Both the position numbers and the translations under genes were made by a program. From Cenococcum geophilum (taxonomy: Eukaryota): a stretch of DNA of 64,000 nucleotides. Below the pieces are notes generated by a model. It ran no database searches and was not told the DNA's origin. It saw nothing but the letters and a program-made list of their open reading frames with translations. The DNA lies in contig CP158635.1 of the NCBI GenBank assembly GCA_050273025.1, positions 20,832,001 through 20,896,000 of the forward strand, given 5' to 3'. This document shows positions 25,901 through 39,480 of the stretch, piece by piece. The stretch's first letter is position 1. Each line of letters opens with the position of its first letter.

Positions 25901-26609
25901 GAACCTAGGGGAGAATTTAAGTAATTCATGGCACTCTTGATTAGGAGAACAGATTAGGAGAATTATTTCGATTTATGGCACTCTTTAATAGCCCTACAGA
26001 TGAGCCTATTTATCTCTACGACCTCTTATAAACTATCGACGCGTTTCTCTTAATAGCTATCCGTACGACCTTCTACGAATGAGACAGCCTACCGTTATAA
26101 AAGCATGTCTTGCTAGTTGTAACAAGAATTGAAATATCGACACGTACGCTATCAATACGTACGCTCTTGATACTATTCGTTAACTACCCTTAAACTGCCT
26201 ACTACTCAACGGCAGCCCTCTTTGAACGATAATATGTGAATCTGCTCTCTAATAGCATCTCATTAAGTCGAACGCTATATGACAGCTTACCCTCGTATGA
26301 CTATACTTGAATATCGAAGCGCACTTTTTCTTTAATACCTTCGACCCTTTAACCAGAATTGAAATATCGACTTGTACCTTCTTAATACCTCTTTTAATAC
26401 CTCTCTAACAACGATTTGATATGCTAAATCACAACGGCATTCCTATAAGTCCTTAATTGATCCTAGATACCTACTACTTAGAACGATATCCTCGATTGAA
26501 TATAAGTATTTAAATACGCCTGTCGACTCTATAGCGTACCTTCGAATATCTTAATAGTACTTAAACACGTCTACTATATTACGACGACCTATTCTAAGAA
26601 TCACGAGAA

Positions 26610-29600
26610 CAGTGTAAGAGATGAATGGATTGGATCTAGATCTAAATCCAAATCCATTAAATCTATCGGATCTGGATCGAGATCCAAACTTTATCTATTC
26701 TTAATAGGTTGCCTAGGGCCTAGGCTTTAATTTTGCCGTATATTAAGCTAATTCTGGCGATTTTTGCTACTTACATTATATAATGGCCTAGTGTGGTTTT
26801 TATTATAATCTTTAAGTTATATAACTATAGCTATTTGCTAAGCTTTACCGCAGCTGTCCACTGAGTTCCACTATAACTGTCCATTAAGTTCTACTGTCCA
26901 CTAAGTTCCACCATAACTGTCTACTAAGTCCCACCGCAACTATCCACTGAGTTCTACCGCAACTGTCTACCGATTTCCACCGCAACTATCCACCAAGTTC
27001 CGCCGCAACTGTCTATTAAATTCCACCGTAACTGTCTACCAAATTCCACCGTAACTATCTACTAAGTGAAACCGTAACTGTCTACTAAGTTCTACTATAA
27101 CCTGCGGACCCTAGCTTCTACTAACCAATTAGGATTTTCCATACCCGGTATAGAAAATTGCTATTAGCTTACTTACCACTAGCGCCTTGGCGGCACTCGC
27201 GAGGATTACTTAAATTAATAACCTCTGCCTCTTAGACCTAATTAACTTTAGAGAAGTTAACTTTATAGGCTTAAGTGGAGTTATATTAAGTCTTAAATTA
27301 ATAATCTTATTCTTATCCCAGGAGTAAAGATATAAAGTTACCTAGATCGTACTCTACTTAAGGTAGTTACGGCGTTTTATAACCATCTAGCTAAGACGGC
27401 TAAAGATACGTTCTAGCTTATCGCTTATAGCTAGAATTAATAGGAGATTAATAGCCATTTAAGCAAGGTGCGGGTACTGTTCGCGGCCGATAGTTCTCTA
27501 CTACTTAATTAGGGTCTCACAATCTTTAACTTAATTCTGTATACAATAGCGATTATATTTATCCTACACGGCAGCAGAACGACGTTAATAGCCGCTTTTT
27601 TGAAGACCTTTCATCCTATAGGCCTCTATAATATTAAGCTTACGCCTAGGCTTCTTCTTCTCTAGGGATAGAGCTTTTAAGATAGGCTGTTGCTTATAGT
27701 CTATAAGCTATAGATATTTAACTAATTTACGGGTAGACGTAATTTAAGTCTTCTTATGCTCCCACTAAGCTTTTATATACTGCCAATTATATCTAGGATG
27801 GAGAACGACTGCGGCGATATAGGCTACTAACTTATTAATCTTTATATAGTACCGTTAAGCCTTATTAAGTACGAACTTAATTTATATAGCAAAATGCCAT
27901 TCTCCTTTAATTAACAAGGGCGGTGTAGATTTAAAGCGTTTATATACAGAGGTAAGTTCTTTAGTAATACATTCAATATCCTACTAAATATTAACTAGCC
28001 TATATAACTTGCCATCGCCTAGTTAGCCTTATAGGTCTATAGTTATAACCCAGCATAGTTTAAGTAAATTTTTGTACTATATTAGAACCTCCTAATTATT
28101 CATAGTAAGTATATCTTTAAAGATTATATTCTAAGCGTTATCCTAGTCTTCTAGCTAAGTAAATTCTGGCCTCTCTTTTAGTTATCTTATACGTTACTGC
28201 TCTAACTATATAAAGTCTTTAAATGGCGCGCGAAGCTAATTTAGTGTACAGAATTCCTTATAAGTACTATTTTAGCGGGTAACGTTAGATCGGGAGAGGT
28301 CTTGGGTTATTATTATGTCCTATTAATCCTTTAGGAGGATGCTTTAAAGATACGTCTTCTAGCCTAATAATTTATTAGCACTATTAACTAATTCGTACTT
28401 TTAGAACTACTTACTTTTATACCACTAATATCTTCTCTAAGGGCTCGTATATACCCATATAATTAAGTTATAAGCTTTACTAACTAGTCCTCACTTCCTC
28501 TACGTTTATAACTACGCTTTTATATCTTTAAGTACCACATCCTCCGCTTTAAATAAATCTGGGTTATAGCCGTATAAGAGGTAGTAGGCAATAATATTAA
28601 TAATATAGCCTAAATAACGTAGCCGGCGCTTAATTAGATTAAAGTTAAACTCCTTTATAATGGCCGTTATTGCCATATTATTATTAGTCGCGTTATCTAG
28701 TATAAAATACCTAATCTGCTTATTCTTAATGCCAAAGTCTTTAATTACGGCAATTATGCCTTTTGCGATATTAACGCTAGTATACGAGCCAGTCTGCTTT
28801 AGAATAGCAAAAAGAGTTACTTAAGGCTTAAAATCTTTATTAAGAAAGTAGGCAATAACACTATTAAGTAAAAGAAGGTTGCCCGATGTTTATAGGTTAA
28901 AAGATAAATAGATCTTACTAACTGCGCGTTATAGCTCTCTCTTTACTGCCGCCTTATAGTAAGTATAGCCCTTAATAATCTAAGATCTGACTAACTATCT
29001 ACTAGGCATACATTCTACTGCTTAAGGCGATAGATATTTAATAAACTCGCGAAAAACCGGCCTATTAACTTGCCTAAAAAACACGTTATTATAAATAATC
29101 TATTAAAGAAGAAGTCGCCTAAACGTCTTCTTATTAAACGCACGCGCTAACTTATTAAGAACCTGCTGCTCCTAGGGATTATTTATATCGAGACCTTTAA
29201 GTATAGAGATTAACTTTAACGCGTACGGCACCTCCTTACCCTTTTTATTAAATGTATAACTATAGACCACTCGAATATACTTTATAATATTAAAGCTTCC
29301 TTTATAGGTATTCTAGGAGTAGGCCTTAATACTATACTTGCAATAATACTCCTTATAAAGCTACCACCGGTCGCTAGTCTTATAGTTCTTTATTAGTACG
29401 CCTAGCCGCCAGATTAGAAAGGAGAGCTTACCGTTACCTTTAGAGATTAGGATAATATAGCTAAGTAATCTGTTCTAGTTAACCCAAGACTAATTAAACT
29501 AACTCTTATCTTTAGGAGGAGCCTCGCTAGCGCGCGCTTTAGCAGACTAATTAGCGCTAAACGTATTAGACGTTAGAGCTGTTATAAGAGTTAAGATTTT

Positions 29601-30102
29601 AGGTATATCGGGATTAGGCGTTAGCGTTGTTTAAATTATAATAGATTAATTAGGCTTAGTTATATTAGAGACTTAATCTTCTGGCCTTACTACTATGTCT
29701 GATAAGTTAGGAGACTAGGTAGTATAGCGGTAAGGCTGCTAGGTAGGGCCATCTTGTGGCTAGAGGTGTGGAGGTACGTTTAAGGGAGGTAGTGGTGGTA
29801 GAGGTAGTAAAGGTGGTTTAGCAACAGCCTTCTTCTTTCTTAGCTTTAGAGGCATAGTTAATGGTAATAATAAGAATAAGAGGTAAGAGACTTTATTATT
29901 TTTGCTACTATCTTACCAGCTTACCCCTTTTACGCCATCTAATGGTTAGTATAGTAATTAATACATTACGGCGTTGCCTTAATAACGCCATAAATGGATA
30001 ACTATTGGATCTAGATCCATATCCACGCCACTAATGGATTAGGCGTGGATTAGTGGATTGATGGATACCGATCCAATCTCGATCCATCCATCTCTTACAC
30101 TG
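26610..30102 (-). mobile_element. Full-length hAT transposon with RIPed transposase (~27170-29855, minus strand)
   Basis: TIR CAGTGTAAGAGATG(A/G)ATGGAT; 8-bp TSD CACGAGAA at 26602-26609 and 30103-30110; motifs HLSFDLWTS, LDNATNND, YIAAVVLHP, YPHLAQMAIDLLSIPAMS. Confidence 0.95.
26845..27100. repeat. ~21-bp tandem repeat (CCGCAACTGTCCACTGAGTTCCA-like) in the hAT subterminal region
   Basis: Visible tandem units. Confidence 0.85.
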
Positions 30103-33100
30103 CACGAGAATATTGACAGACCATATACTGATACCCTAATTGATTCCTGTTAAATTATTGAATATACTATAATCGACAGTATACTTCGACTAATTAATAC
30201 CTTAACGAGAATTAACCTATCGGCGCGTCTCCCTTAATACCCTACTCGTATAATAACTGGTTAAATGTGCTACAATTAACAGTATACCTTAAACCAATGA
30301 ATTAACTATGGCTAGTAGTACGATAGCATATCAATTGATTGAATAATCGATAACGTCTCAAACTACCTACCAATCGACGGTAGACCTTGAGAAACCGACA
30401 GACGGATTGTGCCGTTACGCCTGCGATCCGAATGCGATCCGAATGCGATCCGAACGCGACCCGAACGCGATTCAAATGCGAACCCGACCGACCGTCGTGC
30501 CGATATGCCTGCGACACGAACTACGACTTTGACAACGACCGTATGAGTTCATCAACGATCGACTGCTCCCTTACTGATTCGATTGTTTTCTTCTCAACCT
30601 ACAATAATCCTTTTCGACTGACACTAAGCTACGCATACTGGGGAACGACTACGGTTAATACTGAGTTATACAAGCTTACCTCAGGCATTTGTACACTTCG
30701 ACAACGAGGTTAATACTAAGCTGTGTAAGCTTCGATAACGAAATCGATTTAGACGAACTGGATAATAATCGCGCCGTTATGCCTGTAATCCGAATGCGAT
30801 TTAAACGCGATTCAAATACAAACCGATTAACTAATTGTGCCGTTATGCCTGCGATTAATCGACCAATAATAGCGCCGATACGCCTGCTATCTATTATCAG
30901 ACGCTAGCACCGTACTGCTACCGAACAGACAAGAGCTCGTGCCGATACGCATGCGAGCTATATTTCTTTTTTTATGGCTCGGGGCGCGCCATATTAAAGG
31001 AGGGGGCAGAGAGCTAGGAGGTACTAAGTTCTAAGAGAAGGAACGACAACCACGAAGGACTTCTAGCGATATACACCTCTCACAGCAGCAGGATGGCTGT
31101 ATGCCCTACGCTAACCTAACAACGACTGTGCTACTACGCCTATAGCCTAACCAACAGACCGATCGTGCCGATACGCCTGCAATTTACTAGCCAACTAATA
31201 GATCGAGCTTCGAACGTTCGACTACTGTCACTACCTAACGCTTGCACCGTACTGCTATCACGATCGACCCTTGCTGCTCTGCCTGCAGCTGATCCCGATT
31301 TGACCATCGCTGCTCTGCCTATAGCACCACTACCGACTTCTACTGCCCTGCTTGTAGTAACAACTGTATATAAGGTGGAGCTTTGCCCCTTATATAACCC
31401 TGCCGCTTGCACCATACTGCTACCCCAAATAGATAACTGATTGTGCCGTTATGCCTATGATCTACCGACCGAATGATAGCGCCGATACGCCTGCTATTAT
31501 AATAGACGCCTGCTGCTCTGCCTGCGGCTGACTAACCCTCGCTGCTTTGCCTGCAGCCAACTAACACCTGCTGCTCCGCCTGCAGCTAAACGATCAGACC
31601 ATCGCTGCTCTGCCTATAGCACTATAACTAACTTCTACTGCTTCGCCTGCAGTAATAACTGTATATAAGGTAGAGCATTGCTTCTTAGGTATACCCAGCC
31701 AGATAGAGCATAGCTCTCTAGAAGGCAACCCCGTCGCTAGCACCGTACTGCTACCTAAATTAATAAGCTCCGCGCTGATATGCCTATGGAACTATAACCT
31801 ATTAATAAGACTTTGTGCCAATATGCCTGCGAATATGACCCCGTCGCTAGTACCGTACTACTATTAGACCTCTGCTGCTCTGCCTGCAGCTAATTGACCT
31901 TTACTGCTCTACCTGCAGCTAAATATAATACCTTGCTACGTTACTGTAGCCAACCAACACCTGCTGCTCTGCCTGCAGCACTATAACCGACTTATACTGC
32001 TCTGCCTGTAGTAGTAACTGTATATAAGGTAGCTCTGCTCCTTAGAATACACCTTGTCGCTAGCATTATACTGCTAGAACTAGATAAGTTACTGCGCTAA
32101 TACGCCTGCGGAATAGATAAGATCTCGTGCCGATATATATGCGAGCTACATTTCCCTAACCCTCCCACCCTTATTTTCGCCTGCCTTTTTATAAGAGGGG
32201 GAGTAGGGGGGTTTTCTTTTTTTTATAGCTCGGGGCGCGCCATATTAAAGGAGGGGGTAGAGAGCTAGGAGGTACCGGAGTTCTAGGAAGTCTTAGAAGG
32301 AGGAACGACAACTAACGGAGGGCTCCTAGCGATATACCTCCCGCAGTAGCAGGAGCTGTAGGATGGCTGCCTGCCCTAAGTATAACAAGGTATAGCGATA
32401 TACCCCCGCAGTAGTAGGAGCTATAGGACTGCTGTAAGTCCTATGTTAACCAGCATCGCGATTGAGCGCCAAATACTAGATTTTTTTTTCTTTTTCTTTT
32501 CTTTCTCTTTCTTTTCTATAAGGGGATAAAGCCTGAGGGCAGGCTTTCTTAAAGGAGGGGGTGATGTTACGGCACCGTTACAGACCCTAGTTAGGGGCTC
32601 GCTTGGAGACTTGGCGCCTGTATATAGACATGTCCTTTCCTTGACCTTCTTCTGCTCCTTAGCTTAGTATCTTCGTAATACAGCATTCTATAAGCTTCGG
32701 TTCAGAGGCATTTATACGAGCCGTAACACAACCTACTATTAGCGCTAATGCACTTAATAGCAGTTACTATTGTCCGCTTAACACCCGCGCCTCTATAGTC
32801 TTATAGATCGTCCTTACCTATAAAAACTTTAACGGAGCTGAGCATACTTAGTATAACTCCGGTCTTATCTATATTATAAATATTTTCTAGTAAAATAGCC
32901 AGATTCTATAGTACCTTTCTAATTACCTTAAACCACTCTTTAATCTTATTATATATATTATTCCTATAATGTTTTTAGTTAATTGCCCTGACTCTTCTCG
33001 CATTAAGTTTAGAATAGCGTTTCTTAAAGACCTAAGGCCAGTTCTTACCTAGAGGCTTAATTGGTTTATTTATAAACCACTAGCAGCCGACACTAAAAGC

Positions 33101-33185
33101 TAGCGAAGGTATAAACTTAATTCGTATAAGTTGCCTAAAATTAAATATTAGTAATAAAAACTTAATAATAGCTTTCTCCTCCTCT

Positions 33186-33378
33186 AGTAACGGCTCGAAC
33201 CATCGAACAAATGTCTCAACAGAGACTTAAACGAATGCTTGCAAGATCAAGCGAACGAATGCTGTATTATGAAGATATTAAGCTAAGGAGCAAGAGAAGG
33301 TGGTGAGGCGACGTCTATATACATATGCCAAGTCCTAAGCGAACCCCTGACTAGGTGACGCGCTCCAGCGCCGTCACA
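33186..33378 (-). mobile_element. Solo LTR related to the 24701/32565 LTR family
   Basis: TSD CCTCT at 33181-33185 and 33379-33383; shares the reverse complement of GCTCCTTAGCTTA…ATACAGCATTC. Confidence 0.85.
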
Positions 33379-34469
33379 CCTCTTAGGTAAGGTATTGCTG
33401 GCTTTAGGCCTATTCCTCTCTTAAGCGTTATCCGTAACTACAATAGTAGAGGGTAGAGAGAGGAATATCGCCCTATTTTAATAGGGCAGTATATATTCTA
33501 GGCACATCTATAGGAAGGCCTTTTACTAGCACCTGGCTAGCTCGGTCTATATTAGCAATTATAGTAATAGGAAAGAAATAAGTAAAAGGCTAACAATAAC
33601 CCCATACACTTAACTTCTAAAAATAGCCAGCACATAACCACTTAAGGAAGGAAGCTTCTAGAAGAGCGCCACACTTTACATTATTTTAGCATAGTGTAGA
33701 GTATAATATAACTAGCTAGATATACAATATATCACTATATAAGCGCGCTAAATCTACACGCCAAGCTGCAGAGCATACCTCCGCATAGAGAAACTTAAAA
33801 GTGCATACTTTTTAAGAGCTAAGCGTCTTCAAATCTTAGAGGTATTCTTTTTTCTTAATAGAATTATTGTCTTAAGGCTCCAAAATCTAACAATACGTAG
33901 ATAGTTATAGTAGAGTAGGGGTACAAAGCTGATATAGTTCTAGATGCTGTAAACGGAATAATTAACAGCATAACTAAGACTGTTGTATTTTTCTCGCTAT
34001 AGATTGGTGTCGGAAGGAGAAATATCTAAAGAATAATAATATATTAATTATAACTTTATAGACTTACAAGGTAAAGACTTAAGGTGCCTAAATAATAAAT
34101 TTATTTCAGCGTGGGGGGTTTTTCGCCCCTTAGGGAGGGACGTTACTAATGTATTATATCTATCTTCTGCTTAACTCCTAGTTATAATGCTAGTACAGCA
34201 GCGAACTTTATATACCAAAATACTCGTCCGTTAAGTTTCTTTATTAATTTAATATTAAGTCACGTAGATAATATGGAAGTCTATATTATAGCCCAATCTA
34301 TATAATAAAGAGTTTCTAACTCCAGTTTAAAGTATCCAGCTCGCACACGCCTATGCACTCACCCGTACTACAAAGGCATTCTTTCTACTAAATTATGTTT
34401 TTATATATTGTGTTTTTATATTTATTGTTAAGCAAAAGCTTTAGGCTAAGACTAAATAGGACCTTTATT

Positions 34470-37400
34470 GGCTTATACGTGAATAAAGTTAATAGGCTAC
34501 TTTTGCGTCAGATCGGCTCACTATTGTAAATAACTATATCCTATGTAATAATGCCAAATTCTAAAGGGTCTACCTTAATAACCTCAAATTCAACTTGCTC
34601 TATGCCGTTATAAGCTATAAAGTTATTACCTTAGTATACTGGCCGGTATGCCCCCTAAAAGTAGAAAATAAGAAAGTTATTAAATAGTAAATTAGTAATA
34701 CTGCTTTAAATAGGACGAACAGCAATACGCTTAGCCTAAATATAGTTAGTATTATTATTAAATCGATAGAAATACCTACCGGTTTAATATCCAGATATAG
34801 ATATATCTAAATGCTATTACCACTCGCGACTTAAAGATTATTACGAATAATATAATCTACTTAAGCGATACTATCTTCTAGCTTATTATTCTTTAATATA
34901 ATTAGGACTATACTTTTTCCTACTTAACCTTTAACTAATATAATGTTCCTATAAGAAAACTTAGAGGTATTTATAGTATTATTTAAAAGGGCGATAATAG
35001 AGCTGTTAGTGCTAATAGTTTTAGCAACGCTGTTATTAATTAACTTAGTAAATATTTAAAGCTTTATAATAATGCTTAGACACTTATATTAAAGAATTTA
35101 CTCTGCTCTTTTTATAATTAATAGATATTATCTTATCCTACGAGAATGTTAGATAAAAAGGATATATAAGTAGTTAAGCGTATATTAGGAGAATATATTT
35201 TTTAATAACCTCCACACTAAAGATCTTATTTATTCCACGTTTTAGTTATAGCCAAAGTTCTATAAAAATGATTTTCTGGGGGAAGAGACCGTTCTATATA
35301 CTAAAATTATATAAAAATCGATTTAGGTAAAGTTTTAACACCCTTATAGAAACCGTTTCCGGAGTTATATAGGCACACTTTACATACTAAAAATAGCGCG
35401 TCCTATCTTAGGGTCTAGATTAACAGTTTTCTTCTCCTTTTATATTTATTGATAAAACTAGTTATATATATTACGTCAGACAGCTTTAAGGAATTAAAAA
35501 GTCACTTTCCTAAACATTTTAATATCCTAGGATATTAAAAGGCCTGTGGGTTATATATATATACTAGTATTTAAAGCAAACCCTAGCTTATTTAGCATTA
35601 ACTAAACCCACATAGTGTTCCTGTTAGAACTCGTGTTAGGATTATATTAATAAGGATCTAAGCTATTTATATAGGGGGGAGGGACCCCCTATAGAACCCT
35701 AAACTAGGTCCTATTTAGCTTTTAATAGTTTTATATTTTAGTAGCTAGGCTTAAATATTATACTCCTATTATCTAAGAGATTTAAGGATTAGCTAATCGA
35801 GACCCTAGTCTTATAGTTAATATTATTATAATATAGTAGCGAAGGTTCTTTAATTGGAATATAAGAGCTACTTAGTTCTAATTTATAGCCTAAATTAAAA
35901 AACCAATAAGAGACGCGAGCGAGATAGAGTTTTAGACAACTGCGGTAGGATAATCTTATAGGGCATGTAGGCCTTAATAGGCGTATAATAGAGATAAAAT
36001 CGTTTATACTGTATATCCTTTTAATAGTAGACAAGAGGGCTGCCATAGGTAGATTTATATTACAAACTTTCTTAAATAATATCATTTTCTAAATATAGTA
36101 GAGTATAAGAACCTTTTCTAGGGCCTTTTTATTTTTAGTAATTAAGAGCTAGCGACAATATATATAAGTATAGGGTCTCCTTTTAACCTTTTAAAGGGAT
36201 TTAAATTAAAAACTATATTATAAGTAATAAGGTAAGTCAAACCCTATAGCAGAGATGCGTATACTAACAAAAAAGTAGTAATAAGATTCTTAATAGTTAA
36301 CAAAAAGTCTCTAACTATAAGTCTTTAGGTAGTGGCAGAGTTGTAAGTATTACAGTAGCTATTTTCGTATTTATTATTATAGTAAATGCCCTCTATATAT
36401 ATTTGCGTAGGCGGAAGCGCCCAATATGGGTTAGAAATTTTAAAATCCGTTCTAGCCCGGCTATATTACAACCTTAGCTAAATAGAGTAGCAATATTAGA
36501 GTAACAAAGTAGCAAATTTAAGTTAATATTAGAGCCTACACTTAAGATTAGTAACTAGCTTATTTAAAAGGCCTACGTTACTTTTATAATATTCGAAAAA
36601 CCTAATATATCTACTATTTATTATAATACTCTAAAGGCGGACATACTTAATACTAAGATAAAGAATTATATATCTATAAACTTGCTAAGGTTATAAAGTT
36701 TTACATTTATTAAAGTTAAAGCTTTAAGTAAATCTTTAAATAGTTATAGGGTAGTTTTAAGACCTTAATAACCTATCGTGCACCTAAATATAGTTAACTC
36801 TTATAGCTGCTTAGAACTAATATTTTCTAATATACCCATAATAGCACTCCAATTACCCGGTTTAAATGCTTTAATAAATAACAATAGAGTTTTAAGGTTT
36901 AATAAGTAATATATAAACTAAAAAGAACTATCTACCTACGGCTACGAAAATCTGCTAAGCATAACTATAAGATTTAGGAGTTTTATATACTTAAGAATTA
37001 ATAAGTATTTATCTAAATTGCGAAGGTTTTTAGACCTTATATTTTCTAGTTAGAGTTTAAGGGGTCTATTTTACAAAGCTTTTACTATTACTAATAATGT
37101 AATCGCGAGTTTGTATTCGTCTCTATATTTATAGCGGTAAGGAATATTACAATATATAATTGTAATGAAATTCTTTATAACCCTTAAGCTTTTAATAAGG
37201 AGAGAGGTAAGAGGGCTTAATAATAGCTAACGTCCACGCCAGTCTAGTAAGGTTATATTAAGAGTAATTTCTTTAATATAATAATAGGGCTTGCGCTTTA
37301 GAAATTCTTTAAACTCTACTAAGCTTTTTAGCGATATATTAACTTTTACTTTACAATAACACTTCTACTAAAAAGTATTTAGGCCTATAAAATAAAGTTG

Positions 37401-39480
37401 TTAAAAGCTACGTATTACGTTGCGGATGTCTTAAATAGGCAAGTAGTTAAGGATGTGCTTAAAGAGTTCTACTAGTAAGAAGAGCAGAGGTAAATATATT
37501 ATTTATAATATAGTCAGAGGCTATATAGTTTAAGAAAGTCTAAATAGATAAAGATATAACGTTTTAAAGCTTAGTTAGTGCTTACAAGGCCTTTTAAAGA
37601 AGAAGATTAACTTAAAGTAGTAAAGGCTCCATTTCTAGACTCTCTAAATACCATTTTTAGCTCTTAGGCTTATATAGCTAAAGGCACCCTTTTAAATTTA
37701 GAGGTTCTAAAACTAGTTCTAGATCACTCTTCGCCAGCTTTTTAGGTCTCTTATTACTAATAAAGCGAAGTCTATAAGCAATATAGCCTAGGCGTATAGC
37801 TTAGCTATATTAATTAAGAATTATAGCGCCTAACCTTTCCCCTTTTATTAAACGCCTAATTAGCCTAAAAAAACCGGTCCTTTAGCGAAGCTAAATAGGA
37901 CGTATTTTATAGTTTAATACCTTTCCTTATATAAATAGGAGTCGCTATTTATACATGCACCCATTTTTACCTCATTAAATCGTACTTAAGTAGTATAGAC
38001 TTAGAGGTTTAGATGCTACTAGACCCACTAATAAGCTAATTTAAAAAAATTATACATTCTTCTATATAACTAACTTCAGTAGGAAATTCTACTCTTATAT
38101 TATTTAACTTAATATAATAAGGCTAGCGGAAGGCTTATACGGATATAAATACTACTGTAGCGAGATAGATACTTATACGTAACGAGTTTAAATTTTTAAG
38201 AGGGTAAAGTTGGCTATAAATAAAGCTAATAAAGTAACTAAAATCTAATTTACTAAAATATTAAATAATTGCGCCATCTATATCCTATACTAAGCTCTTC
38301 TTTTTAAAATAATAACTTTATAAAATCCTCTATAATATCCCCCTAGGATAATAGCATAATAACTAGTCCTACCATTATTGCAAGAGTTAGGTTATTAATA
38401 TTATTAGGCTATTAAACTATTATTACTACGAAAGCCGCTCCGTTTATTTCTTATAGTATATATATAGTCCCCTTTCCTTTTACGGTTAAATTTAGTAGTT
38501 TATAGATAGGCTTATTTAGCTAGTTAACCCATTTAATTAATAGTTGCTTGCCAGCTTTAGCAACAAAAGGCATTTATATTAGGTCCTATATAAACTCTTA
38601 CTCTACCAGCCTTCTGGTGCTATTTAAATATTTAGCACTAGCTAGTTATATAACCGTTAGTATTAATAGAATAGGTACTAGGACTTTAACTAGGTATAAT
38701 CTAGGGACTGTAAATAAAAGAGTAAGATTGTAAGCCTATATACTACTAATTTTAGTATTAAATGGAGCCGGGTTAGGTACTTCACCCTAAATATAATAAA
38801 AGAAGGCGTCGTATCGTGATTTAACTATAAGTATTAATGATACCGCACCCATAAGCAGAGGATTAGTAGCTACTATACGTTAGGAGAGTCTAATAGTAGC
38901 GCTAATACCTATAGACGTTATAAGATTAGCAAGTGCAAAGAATTTAGGAGTTAAGTTTATAGGGAATAAATAATTGCAAGGAGGAATTAAAACTATATTA
39001 TAGTTTATAAGGAGGTTTACAAGGCTTTTAAAGTAGACCTCTTCTTGCTATAAACGTATTAGTTAGTATATAGCACATAGCACAAAGAGGGACACCTATA
39101 GCAGCGATTTTGCTAACAATTTCAATAGTGTTATTAGCGTATTCATTAGTGCCCCATCTTCCAATATTTATTAGGCTGTTATTAAAAAACAAAACCTCTA
39201 AATTTTTAAGAAATTGCGCTAACTGGAGCTCCGCGATTGTACTTATAGATATTATAGTCAGTATCCCGCTATTTAGCGAACTACCTTCTACTATATCTAT
39301 TATCTCTAGACAAATTAATATAGCAGTAGTAAGGCTTCCTAAAGTAAGGGAGAATATATAAATAAGGGTATAAATATCCTAAAGGAGTTACATAGCTGCG
39401 GTTAAAAACTAAATAATAAAAGTAAAGTGTAATTTACAGCCCCAAATATATGGATTTATAGAATATATAGTAGAATATCT
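34470..39480 (-). pseudogene. Long RIPed gene (or adjacent genes) with an internal F-box, a leucine-rich region and a C-terminal Cdc48/p97 N-domain
   Basis: F-box-like LPVELFEHILDYLPIQDI (~37430-37490); Cdc48-N-like SSIIALSNDTM…RKSTVLIVLKDD…IRDNLRV…HPCLDIK|AKRIAV…AYRPVHQGD…QVEFEVIKVDPLEFGIITQDTVI (34520-35040). Confidence 0.65.

Larger units (their letters stand above)
24701..32728 (+). mobile_element. Non-autonomous LTR retroelement (164-bp LTRs at 24701-24864 and 32565-32728) with a repetitive internal region
   Basis: Near-identical LTRs ending GTAACA; TSD TAACC/CAACC; PPT AAAGGAGGGGG before the 3' LTR; no RT or integrase motif seen. Confidence 0.9.
23628..33562 (-). pseudogene. pogo/Fot1 transposase (HTH + DDE_1) split by the LTR element 24701-32728 and the solo LTR 33186-33378
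   Basis: MDRASQVLA…VPLSTLY…QSQQYLTQE|EEKA, VYNMDETGVMLS (~32850-32880), LCRFPSHTSHKLQPCDVGVFAPLKTAY, C-terminal WRAPVARM. Confidence 0.9.
21328..34143 (-). mobile_element. Fot1/pogo-type DNA transposon with an extra cargo gene and nested insertions
   Basis: TA|ACGTCCGTCCCTAGGTCGCGAAAAACCC… and …GGGTTTTTCGCCCCTTAGGGAGGGACGT|TA (~40-bp imperfect TIRs); internal DDE_1 transposase. Confidence 0.8.

Noticed and set aside
29560..29576. ACGTATTAGACGTTA, similar to the end of the long inverted repeat
   Set aside because: Short match inside the hAT coding region with no extended similarity
30410..32140. Repeat-spacer pattern resembling a CRISPR array or a retrozyme
   Set aside because: Spacing is irregular, spacers are related to one another, and I saw no hammerhead core (CUGAnGA…GAAA)
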